Origin: Scyliorhinus canicula
Lineage: Eukaryota
Direction of reading: 5' to 3'
DNA length: 64,000 bases
Assembly (NCBI RefSeq): GCF_902713615.1
Contig: NC_052157.1
Location: 111,369,524 to 111,433,523 of the forward strand
Of this stretch, positions 50,337-62,294 are shown piece by piece. Each line of letters opens with the position of its first letter. Position 1 is the stretch's first letter. The notes under the pieces are model-generated. The model worked only from the letters and a program-made list of their open reading frames with translations. It had not been told where the DNA came from and made no database searches. The translations under genes were made by a program, and so were the position numbers.

Positions 50337-50667
50337 ATGGCAGCCTCGGCTCACGGGAACGCAGGAGGGGCAGCTGCCGCCGGAGGCCTGGGCGCCAGCG
50401 GCTCGGGCTTCTCCGTCGCCCCCTTCATGGCGTCGGTCCCCGGGCCGGCCCTGGGGCCGCCGGTGGCAGTGTGGGAGTGGGAAGACGAGGCGGCCCGCTG
50501 GAGGCCCTACAGCAGCCGGGTGAGCGAGCACATCGAGCGCAGCCTGCAGCACCTGCACGGAGCGGCGGCCAAAGGGGCCAGCAGCATCTCCCTGGGCCAG
50601 GCCGACCCCAGGCTGGCACCGTACATCATCGACATCCCCACACTCACCCAGTTCCGCCAGGACACCG
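50337..50667 (+). CDS. DTX2: Deltex E3 ligase (DTX2-type) first coding exon, WWE domain 1; later exons outside the window
   Basis: VAVWEWEDEAARWRPYS...LGQADPRLAPYIIDIPTLTQFRQDTG then G|GTAAGG donor. LGQADPxLAPYIID..TQFRQDTG is closest to DTX2. Alternative in-frame ATG at 50427. Confidence 0.87.
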
Positions 50668-52669
50668 GTAAGGCCAGTCAGTCAACCCAAACTATCAGCA
50701 CCGAGATCAGATCAACACAGACGCCCATTAACTTTATCATTAACATTCTGAATTATAAGTCTAACGTAACTTTTGGTATTGGTACCTAATAATGCATCAT
50801 TATCTATAACTAAATATTCACTCCAGCTGAAAATCTATTTGCTAGCAAGAGCTAACTTCCTTCCAAGCATGTTACTTTGTTTATTTAAATAGGTGTTCTG
50901 TTTCAACCCCAAAGGTACGCATTCGTTTGTAGCTCGTTTCTCTGGACGCTATCAAAAATAGAAACCAAACACTTGGAGGTTAACGATCTTTACATCGCAC
51001 TACAGTTCATCTGGGCTACCTAAACTCGGGCATCTTATCCTCAAATAGATGTTTAATAGGTTTAGGAGACTAATCATTTTGTCTAGTAGCTACATTGGCG
51101 ATGGTTGCCATTTTAATCTGGGGTTGTCAGATCTCTTTGATCCCTCGCTTCCTATTCGCTATTTTCCTATTGGTGCAACTAGGGTCGAGGAATTAGGTCC
51201 TTGGTGCTCAGTGCGTTTGGGTTTTAATATTCTGAGATTGTGGAGTTGTGTTAACCTGAAATAGCAACACCATGATTCTGATTTTTCAGGGTTTTTTTGA
51301 AATCTGAAAAGAAGCAAGTGAAATCAACTGAGAAATGCATGTTTTCTCAAGTTAAGAATAAGATCTAATATTTGCAGTTGGATAACTTGAAATCTTAATC
51401 GGCAAGATGATGTGAAGGAATGATTCAAACGCTTGAAGTAAAGATGTGCTTTCAACAAAGCTGTCTTTACAAAATATAAAGCTAAGTGGAGTTAAGACGT
51501 ACTGTCGTTACCTCCTTCCCAGTGGAACTCTGTGCATGATCATACAACTGAAGGTGTGTTTTATTTCAAAGCTGGCTATCCAGGAAACTGAGTGGACCCT
51601 GGAACACACCAAACAGGCAAAGTAATTGTATTGTATGGGGGTGGGGGCAGAATGATTTTGCTTACCCAGTGAACCAAGAAGCAAAAAAAGGCAACCTCAA
51701 ACTTAATAAGCAGACTGACTGAGTGGATGAGGAAAGAAAACACAGTTGTCTTAAAGAAGTTTTCTCGCATTTTGTATCAAAAAAAATTTGCGGCTTAAAA
51801 TTTCAGCTTTATTCAACATTTTCTTAACATGAGCAGTACATATTTTGTTAAATTCTGGTATTGTTTGAGTTTTCTTTCCACAGGTTTAATTAACAAGATC
51901 AACCTGTGGACAGTAATAGTACATTTAATTTGTGTGAAATAACTAATGGATTGCTTTTCTAAATTAGGTCCTTTTTAATGAAGTGTCAGATTGCAAGAAA
52001 GAACTTGAATTTTTTATAGTAACTTTCATGTCATAGACATCTTTGCATTACCTTTTTGCATGTAAACGCTCTTGTTGGCAAACACAGCTGCAAACTTGCA
52101 CACCGGAAAGTCCGCAAAGCAATTTTGAGATGATTGGCCCAATGGAAATGAAGGATGAATATTGGCTAGGATTTCAGCTGAATTTCCTTGCTTTAAGAGG
52201 GAAGTCAAGGCCTTGGTTTAACCTTTCAATCTAAAGACAACACCCCATGCCATACTCCTTCAGTACCACCTAAATTATGTGCTGAAATCCTGTTGTCTGA
52301 CTTGAAACTAAAGCTTTCTAACTTAAAAGCAAAGATGCTACCATCAAACCAAGTTGACACGATGAGCGGGCTGCTGAAACTATTTTTTTGTAAAAATAAT
52401 GGAATTACTGGAACTAATTAGTTCCAAACTCACAGTTGACAATTTGCACAGGGGATCACGAAGGACTTCAGTGTGACTTTAAACATAGATTGCTGAAGTA
52501 TATTTTGTAAATTATGGGAACTGGTTTGTCTGTCGGTTCCAAAATAAATTTACAAATTGTCTTATTAAAAATTTGCATTTAAAAAAAAAGACTCCTTTTG
52601 ATCTGTCAAGTAAAATGGTAAGATTGGTTCCAACACTGTTTCTGGTAACTTATTACTCCTGAGGTAAAT

Positions 52670-53930
52670 TTTTAAAATTCATTCAGGGCTACGAATATCA
52701 TGAGGCCAACATTTATTGCCCATCCCCAATTGGCCTTGTGAAGGTAGCGGTGAACTGCCTTCTTGAATTGCTGCTGCCCGTGTAGTGCAGGTACGCCCAC
52801 AGTGCTGTTAGTAAGAGAGTTCCAATGAAGGAATGGCAAGTCAGGATGATGGCCCCTTCATCTGCTGGCCTTTTTTAAAAATAAATTTAGAGTACCATTT
52901 TTTCCAATTAAGAGGCAATTTAGTGTGGCCAATCCAGCTACCCTACACATCTTTGGGTTGTGGGGGTGAAACCCATGCAAGCGTGGGGAGAATGTGCAAA
53001 CTCCGCAAGGACAGTGACCCAGAGCCGGGATCGAACCTGGGACCTTGGCGCCGTGAGACAGCGGTGCTAACCACTGCACCAGCGTGCTGCCATTCATCTG
53101 CTGTCCTTGACCATGGCTTTGGAAAGTGCTGTCAAAGGAGCCATTGCAAGTTGCTGCAGAGCATCTTGTAGACAGATGCCACTATACCGGTGTTGGAGGG
53201 TGTGATGTTTAAGGTGGTGGATGGAGTGCCAAGCTTTGTCCTGGATGGTTAAATGTTGGCTCATCCAGCCAAGGAGAGTATTCCACCAAGCTTCTCTTGA
53301 AGATAATGGACAGGTTTTGGGGAGTTAGGGGATGAGCTATTTGCTGCAGACCCAGTTCTTGATCTACTCTTGTAGCCACAGTATTTATATGACTGAGCAA
53401 ATTAAGTTTCTGGTCACCGGTGATACCCAGGAAGTTGATGGTGGGGGAATTCAGTGATGATAATGCTATTGACCATCCAGAGGAGGTGATTAGATTCTCT
53501 CTTTTTGGAGGTGGTCTTTGCTCGGCACCAAGTGTGGTGTGAATGTTACTTAGCACTTATCTGCCCAAGTCTGAATTTCTCCAGGTTTTGTTGCATATGG
53601 GTGTGGACTAATTCATTATCTGAAGAGTTGCAGTGTGCAATCATCCGTGAACATTCTGACCTCTGGGAAGGCCATTATTACAGCAGCTGATGATGGCTGG
53701 GTCATGGACACTACCCCGAGGAACTCCTGCAGCAACATCTTGGGGCTGAGATTATTGGCTTCCAAAATCTGAGTGTGCAAAATGTTACTTCAACCTGTGG
53801 AGAATTTTCCCCAATTCCCATTTACAATTTTGTTAGGGCCTCTTAATATCACGTCCGGTCAAATGTTGCCTTGATCTTGAGGGCAGTCATTCTTGTCTCA
53901 CCACTGGGATTAAACTCACCTGGTCATGTT
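52670..53930 (-). mobile_element. Old CR1/L2-group LINE fragment with a nested SINE
   Basis: Decayed RT motifs on the minus strand (GVPRGSV at ~53705-53730; INFLGITGDQKLN..HINTVA). Confidence 0.55.
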
Positions 53931-55896
53931 TGGAATAGTGTGGCATTTGTGTTTCTAACATAGTTGGTAACATGCCAAACCTGGGGAGGGGGAGACTAAT
54001 CGGCCTACCGTGTCTGTGCTGGCTCTCTAACAGGAACACGCCTCGTCCCACTCTCCTGCCTTTTTCCCACAGTCCAACAAAAAATTTTCATTGGATAAAT
54101 ATTCAATTCCATTTAGAAAGCCATAATTGAACCTGCCTCAATGAAACTCTCGGGAAATGCATTTCAAATCCTAATCACTCTGCGTTATAAAGTCTTTCCT
54201 CGTGTCACTTTTCGTTCTTTTGCTATTCACCTTAACTAGTTGTCCTCTTGTCCTCAACTCTTCTGCCAAATGGACCATGTGCTCACTATCGTCTCTGTAC
54301 AGACCTGTCATGCTGTTGTGATTTTTTTTTTAAATTTGAAGTGCCCAATTCATTTTTTCTAATTAAGGGGCAATTTAGCGTGGCCAATCCACCTTCTCTG
54401 CACAGCTTTGGATTGTGGGGGTGAAACCCATGCAAACACGGTAAGAATGTGCAAACTCCACACGACCAGTGACCCAGAGCCTGGATCGAACTTGGGACCT
54501 CGGCGCTGTGAGGCAGCAGGGCTAACCACTGTGCCACCGTGCTGCCCTCTGTTGTGATTTTTAAACCTCAACCCAAATCTTCTCTGAGGAAAATAGCCTC
54601 AGTTTCACCAATCTGTCCACTTAACTGAAGCCTTGCATTTTGGAACTATTTAAAAAAATATATTTCTGTACCTTCTGCAATGGTTTCACGTCCACCCAGA
54701 ATTGAACACAATACTTCAGTTGAGGCAGAACCAGAGTCTTTAGAAAGGATCATCGTAACTTCCTTGCTTTTGTACTCTGTGCCTCTATTTATAAATATCA
54801 GAATCCTTTATGCTTTCACTGCTTTCTCAACCTGCCCTGCCACCTTCAATAATTTGTGTGCATTCACCACCAGCTCCTTCTGCTCCTGCATCCCATTTAA
54901 AATTGTATCTTTTATAACCTTTCCTTGTTCCTCCTATCAAAATATATCACTTCACACTTTTTCTGCCTTAAAGTTAATCTGCCACATGTTAATCTATTCC
55001 ACCAACTTGTCTATATCCTCTTAGAATCTACTACAATCCTCTCTGCAGTTCACAATCCTTGTAAATTTTGTAATCTGCAGATTGAAATTATGCCCCCCCC
55101 CCACACCTAGATTATTATTAATCAAGAATAACAGTGGTCTTTATACCAATCCCTGGGGTGGGGGATGGTTTAGCTTGTTGGGCTAAACAGGTTTGTGATG
55201 CAGAGCGAGTTCAATTCCCGTACTGGCCGAGGTTACTCATAAAGGCCCCGCCTTCCCAACCTTGCCCCATGCCTGTTGTGTGGTAATCTTTGACACCACC
55301 AGTCAACTCTCTCCTCAAAGGGGAAATCAGCCTATGACCGTCTGGGACTATGGTTACTTTACCTTGCCTTGATTCATTCAGTCTCAAAAACAACCAACCA
55401 TTCACCACGCTCTGCTGTTTCCTGTCACTCAACCAACTTTGAATCCATGCGGCTACAGTCACTTTTGTTCCATGGGTTTTTGTCTCTGAAAAGATTCTAA
55501 TCCTTGTTATTATCTCTGCAATTCTCTTCTGCATTTCTCTGTGTGGCCTTGGTACCCTTGCTAAAATGGGCAACCCAAATTAGGAAGCAGTGTTCCAACT
55601 GTGGTCCAACTAATGATTTTGTGGAGATGAACATTACCACTTTGCTTTCATTCTTTTCATTTATGTTTAAAATCCCCAGCTATTGTCCATAAACCCTTCC
55701 TATAGGCTTTTCCTATCCCTGCCTCTGCAGGTTGTTCCAGCCCTGTAAATCCCTATTGAATATTCCTTTCTTCTGATTCTGAGCTTCTGTTTATACCCTC
55801 TCTCATCCCTTAATTTTTCATGGGTGCAAGAACCTTCACCAATTTTGGTTTGACGCTCAGAAGTTCCCTTCCTAGACATTTTTGCGATGACTCCTT

Positions 55897-55989
55897 TAAA
55901 CGCTTTTCAAAACCCATTACTCCAAATAAACGCTTTTCACAACCCATCACTCCAAATAAACGCTTTTCAAAACCCATCACTCCAAATAA
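55897..55989. repeat. 3 copies of a 30-bp tandem repeat (TAAACGCTTTTCAAAACCCATCACTCCAAA)
   Basis: Read directly. Confidence 0.95.
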
Positions 55990-57067
55990 GTGTTTCCTTT
56001 TCTAGTTTCTTCCTGGATGAACCCATTTCAGTTTCTTGTCATCCATGAAGTATCTTTGAATGTTACCCTATGATAAGGGTGTGGTGCAAATTCACGTTGC
56101 ATTCTGTTTCCTTTTACATATCCAAACTCCTATATATCTTTTTTTTTTAAGTTTTAATGTTAAAAGGGAAGTATTTCATTTGATTTTTTTTTCTCTAAAA
56201 AGAATCGCCTCCTGGACGGCATGGTGGCGTAGTGGTTGGCACTGCTGCCTACGGTGCTGAGGTCCCAGGTTTGATCCCAGCCCCGGGTCACCGTCTGTGT
56301 GGAGTTTGCACATTCGCCCCGTGTCTGCATGGGATTTACCCCCACAATCCAAAAGATGTGCATGTTAGGTGGATTGACCATGCTAAATTGCCCCTTAATT
56401 GGAAAAAGAAATAATTGGGTACATTAAATTTAAAAGAGAAAAAAAATGTTTTTAATGAATCGCCTCCCATTTCCCAAAATAAAATTTTTGTCTTAACATG
56501 CTGAAAATCTGAAATAAAAATGGAAAATACTGGTGTAACAACACCTAAAAGAAATTGCTGCAATACCCTTCTTCAGGACTCTTGTGGTTTGATGTTATGT
56601 TTTACCTTCCAGGGAAGACATTAGTGTCAGCGGTGCTCAAGTGAACTAAGGCACTATTATTGCCTGTAGCTACATGCCTTCATGTTTATGATTAAACACT
56701 GTATCGACAAAATAATAAATGCAAGGTACGGTTACCACTACCAAAGTCTAAAATTATTTCTATGCAATTATGTAATCTATTAGCATAGGAATGTACTAAT
56801 AATTTAATACTGTTGACTTGTCGGATTTTCTGCAGCTGAAATAAATTAAATACCGCATGGCACTAAACAAGTACACTTTGGACGCCAGATTGGAATGAGT
56901 CTTGTGACCCAGTTTGCACTGCAAAACATATTCATTGTTTGCGAAAGGATTTAAGAATCTTATATAAGTGAGTAGAAGTCAGAAGGTTATGGATTCGAGG
57001 CTTACACTAGGATTACACTAGCAAATTACCCTTGTGTAAATCAAAGCTTTGTGAGCTCATATCATTC

Positions 57068-57915
57068 GTCCTCGCCCTCACTCTTGGCGCCACATACAGC
57101 AACCGCACCCATGCCACAAATCTCGGCCCAAACCCAAACCGTCCCAAAACTTCGAGTACCGCCACTCCACCCGATCAAATGCTTTCTCCGTGTCCATTGA
57201 CACCACCACTTCCGGTACCAGAGCTCTCGACGGATTCATCACCACATTCAACAGCCATCTTATTACTCGCGAACTGCCTGCCCTTAACAAAGCCTGTTTG
57301 ATCTTCTGCAACCACCCCCGGGACACAATCCTCCATCCTCCCCGCCAACAACTTAGCCAATACTTTCACATCTGTGTTCAATAGTGACATGGGTCTACAC
57401 GACCCACATTCCACCAGATCCTTCTCTTTTTTTGGGATTAGTGTGATTACTGCCTGCTTCATTGTCTCCGGCAACTCCCCCTTCTCCAGTGCTTCATTAA
57501 ACGCCCCAAACAGATGTGGTGCCAGGTCTGCCACAAATTCCTTACAAAATTCTGCCGGGTACCCGTCCGGCCCAGGGGCCTTCCCCGACTTCATACCCCT
57601 GATACTAAACAGCACCTCCCTTAGCCCCAGAAGTTCCTCCAATGCCTGCCCCTTTGCTTCCTCCACCTGTGGAAATTCCAGCTCGTCCAGAAACCACCCC
57701 ATGTCCCCCTCCTCTCCTCCTGGGTCTGCCTCATAAAGTCCCTGGTAATACTCTCTAAATGTCTCATTTATCTTCCCTGGCTCTGACACCATATCCCCAG
57801 TCCGGATCTTCAATATTTCGCTGGATGCAGCCTGCCTCTGCAGCTGGCGCGCCAGCATGTGGCTCGCCTTCTCCCCATACTCGTATTGTAGCCCTCTTGC
57901 CCTACGCAGTTGTAG
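57068..57915 (-). mobile_element. L1 ORF2 reverse transcriptase fragment
   Basis: KAPGPDGYPAEF, ITLIPKK, RPMSLLNTDVK, DQTGFVKGR, DTEKAFDRVEW. Confidence 0.9.
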
Positions 57916-58510
57916 TTTCTATATTTCCTGCAGCACTGCACTGTGGGCGTTCCTACAACACGTGGACTGCAACTGTTCAAGAAGGTGCTCACCATTGCCT
58001 CCTCAATGGCAAGTAAGATGAGCAATAAATGCTGGCTTACGATGCTCACGTCCCATGGATGAACTTAAAATAATCCTGACTTGTATCCCCTGCTCAAACA
58101 TCACCAAACATAGTATAACATATCAATCATTTAATTGCTCTTTGTGCGTCATTGTTACCACATGCACCCACGCATCCACCCACTTGACATTAGTCTGCAA
58201 TCAAAGTGTACATGCGTGCAAAGTACTTTGAACATTTCTGAGACATATGCTATATGAGTGTTCGAAAATCCCAAGAATCTCATTAATCTCCTGCGAGTAA
58301 TCAAGACAAATTTGAATTTTTGAGATTGAGTTTAGAGATTGGGGAATAATGTAACCTGGGTGACCATATTGGGGAGGTGGTAGCGGGTGGAAGAGAGGCT
58401 CAGGAAAAGGGAGGTGTGAGGTAAGGACAAGGAGGCAGCAGTGAGATAGGATGGGAAGAAAGAAGGGCATTAATAATAATCTTTATTATTGTCACAAGTA
58501 GGCTTACATT

Positions 58511-59118
58511 GACTTCCGCTTGTGACCATGGAGTGATCGGTCACATAAAGGGCTGTTCCTGTTCAAAGTCACAGAAAAGGGCTCTTTTTACCCAGATCCG
58601 GGTGGAATTTTGATGAAAAGGCGTAGGTGAATGTTAGAGGAGTAGTTTACCCCTGGAATGATATGTCTTCTGATCACCCGGACCTAGCAGAAAACAGAGA
58701 GGTTTGGCTGGAAAGTTGAAACAGTCTTGTGCTTCACAGACGGTGTCTTCCAGCATGCAGGTGGGGAAGGGGCAAGCTGTAAGGCCACAGATACAGGAAC
58801 TGATGACTTTTATCAAGGAGGAATTCCATAAACAGAGGAAAGATATGCATGAGGATCATGCAAAGGCCATTGCAGAAGCTGTGGCACCCCTGAAGAGTAC
58901 TTTGGAGCTGATGGAGAGGTGTTTGGATGTGATGGGGTCACAGATTCGGGAGATTGAAGGAGTAATCTCTGACCACAGCGATCATGTGGTGGCTCTGGAG
59001 GCAGAGGTGGGGCTCCTTGGAGACCTTTGTAAAATGCTGAGGGCAAAGGTGGAGGAGCAGGAGAATGTCTCGAGAAGGCAGAATCTGCGAATAGTGGGCC
59101 TGCCTGAAGGAGTGGAAG
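58511..59118 (+). mobile_element. L1 5'UTR and ORF1 fragment
   Basis: GACTTCCG start, coiled coil, then ENVSRRQNLRIVGLPEGVEG. Confidence 0.85.
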
Positions 59119-61649
59119 GTAATTTGATGCTTGAAACGATGATCGTGACCAGAGGTCAGGTTTGTTGTTGATATGGCTACATGGACACTGATCATTTGTG
59201 CAGAGGCCATTCGAATAAGGCATCGAAATGTTGTGAGCAAATCAAGAGTTGAATTAAAATGCCAGTGTATCACATTTGAAAGATCTGTTTCAGATGGGTC
59301 CAGTGGCCCACCTGGGCTACTTTGGGTTAAACTACATTTACTGTGATCTCCAAACTAGTGATTTTTGGTATATCAGGTTCTTGAACCATGTTTAATTAGG
59401 AGACTCTCATTGCTTTCGTTATTGCACTCTGGTGTGAGATGAGTTTTGAAACCTGGGTTATGAATGAAAATGAAATGAAAATCACTTATTGTCACGAGTC
59501 GGCTTCAAATGAAGTTGCGGTGAAAAGCCCCTAGTTGCCACATTCCGGCGCCTGTTCGGGGTGGCTGTTACGGGAATCGAACTGGCCTGCTTGGTCTGCT
59601 TTCAAAGTCAGCGATTTAGCCCTGTGCTAAACAGCCCCTGGTTCTACAGCCACTTCTGTAAAAGAAAACAGACAAATAAAACCATGAATATGAAAGTGGT
59701 GGATATTCCAAACATTACTGTTGAATCTGAAGATTCTTTGTTGTTCTTTTGAGTTACGTCAAGTTAAGATCTCTAAGTCCACCAATTGTAAGAGCAGTCT
59801 GAAGTTTTTATTTTTGCTTTTGCGTGCATATTTAAGCATGGTCCCACTTGCAAAGGGACAGGAGTAGGCCCTTCAGTGTCTCAAAACCAGTTTTGACATT
59901 TAATTAGATCATATCTAATCCACCAACAAACCTTGTTTCATATTCCTTTGTTCAACAAAAAATGTAGCAGTTGGTTTTGCAATATTCAGTTGGACTAACC
60001 TCAGCAGCTTTTTTGGGGTGGGGAGGGAGGAAGGGTTCCAGATTTCCCCATTTTTTTTGTAAAGAAGCGTGTCCTGACATCACTAATTTCAGTCTTGTCA
60101 AGATCAGCTCCCAGACCATTGCCACTCTCCACAAACTTTCCTTCTGGGAAAGCACCAGAGATCTCGGTCCCATTTCAGGAAGCTGGCGGTCAGCTTCTAC
60201 TGTGGGAGCTGCAATGAATAACATGTACTGCCTTTTAAAGTAAAGAAATTCCATGGTGCTACACAAATAGGAGAGATTTCAAACAAATCAGGACATATCT
60301 GGATGAATTGAGTCATTGGATGCTACTGCTAAAGAATGGAACACACGTTAGCATCCAGTGTCAAGATCAGGCATGTCCTGTTAGGTTTAGGACAACCTGA
60401 ATGTTAAACAGGAAGGCCAAGTGTAACTTTGGTGTCAGTCAAGCTTAAACCTTTGCTGAGTGAGAGCTAACTTGTACTGAGTTATGGATCATTTTGCCCT
60501 TTGGACTCCCTACAAGGGACCGGTTTGAGAGATGCCTTCATTTTAGCACAGATATGCAGCTACCCAAGAGGAGACTTGTGTTGTATTTGATTCAGTCCTA
60601 GAGATGAAACAACAGTATGCTCACCTAAAATAAAACCCACTACTTGGTGAATCTCCATTCCTGATTTATTTTTCAAATGCTATGAGAAATGGTGAAACAT
60701 GTTGGGAAACTGTTGGGATATTAACAAGATTGGGCTGCTCAGAAGTATAGATAAAATAATCTTTGACCGGCACGTGGGTTGTATTGTACAGAATGGTTTT
60801 GCAGCTGTCTGCACACTGACACCATGGCCTTCAAAGGAAGCCAGAAAGAATAACAGGAAACCTGTTATGCTGAGGTGATTGTTGCAACCACAGAATGGTC
60901 CAGCTACATTTAATAGTTCTGTACATTAGACGATTAGAAAATGAATTACACATGTCTCGGCAGTTGGTTAGTAGAGTTTGAGATGCATGAGGGTTTGTAA
61001 AACTAAAAGGAAGGGTAGAAATCTGACAGTGCCTTTGGAGTAGACTTGGAAAGGCGAAGCAGGCTACGACTAACTCTATTATGTCACTTTGTAGTGGCCC
61101 TACAACAGTATGGTTGATCCTGAACTGCCCTCTGAATTGGCCTGGTAAGGTACTCAGTTGAGTCAAACTGCTACAAGATTAAAACTGAATGAACCACCCG
61201 GTATCAACATCGGTACGAGACATGACAAAGACACCCAATCCAGTCAACCCTGAAAACCCCTCCTCGCTAACACAAGAAGCTAAAATTGGATGTGCAGACC
61301 CGCAACGAGTCTAGAAACAGCCCAACATAGTCATACAGAATCCTACCTTTCAGACAACCTCCCAGACAACCCACTGCCAGACAGGCCCACCAGAGGTAAT
61401 GGAACATTAATATACAGCCTTGAGGGAATAACTCCTCAACATTGACTTTGCATCTCATGGAGTCATGTGGCATTAAGTCAAATATGGACGGGGAGATGTC
61501 CTGCTAATTAACCATCTACTACCCTCCCTCAGCGGATAAATACATACTCCTCATGCTGAACACCACATGGAATAAAGCAGTGAGTATAACGTCGGTGCAT
61601 AATGTACTCGAGTAGGGACCTCGACTTCCACCGGCAAGCATGGATCCAT

Positions 61650-62105
61650 AGCACTACTACAAAGGGATGTAGACATGTTGTGAATGAGTAAACATTTGGC
61701 AGAATATAATATGGGAAAATAGGAGTTTGTCCACTTTGGCTGGAAGAATAGGAAAGCAGAATATGATTCTAAAATGGAGAGCAACTGCAGGACATTTCCT
61801 TGTACACTAATGCCAAATTAGCATGCAGGTACAACATGTAATTAGGAAGGCAGATTACACATTGGGCTTTATTGCAAATGGGATGGATTGTAAAAGTAGG
61901 GTAGTCTTGCAACAACTATACAGGGCATTGGTGAGACCACACCCAACAGTACAGTACAGTTTGGCATCCTTATTTAAGGAAGGATATACTTTATTGCATT
62001 GGAGGCAGTTCAGAGGTGGTTCACTAGGATAATTCCTGGGACAAAGGGGTTGTCTCATGAGGAAAGGCTGGGCCTATACTCAGTGGATGTTCAGAAGAAT
62101 GAGAG
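61650..62105 (+). mobile_element. Old CR1 fragment
   Basis: QLYRALVRPH, EAVQRWFTRIIPG..LSHEERL. Confidence 0.8.
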
Positions 62106-62294
62106 GTGGAGTTTTAGATTGGGGTATGAACAGGCCAGAAGTTGTGCTCTCAATACAGTTCAGTTAAAGATTTATCTGTTTTGGACCTTTTCCCCCCCGA
62201 TTTAGTACCGTACTTGAACTTGAAAATCGATGATCAAGGCAATTGTGTACTGGATTCCCACACCAGTGCATGGAGAGGTGGACTAGAAGTGCTC

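Noticed and set aside
49989-50619. Antisense and alternative-frame ORFs over DTX2 exon 1
   Set aside because: Expected in a GC-rich CpG island, with no homology or splice support.
343-59638. Many recurring short ORFs (HPEETHADTGRTC, LGSLSVWSLH, MCRVGGLATLNCP) and tRNA-like heads
   Set aside because: These are translations of SINE copies. The heads are SINE Pol III promoters, not complete tRNA genes.
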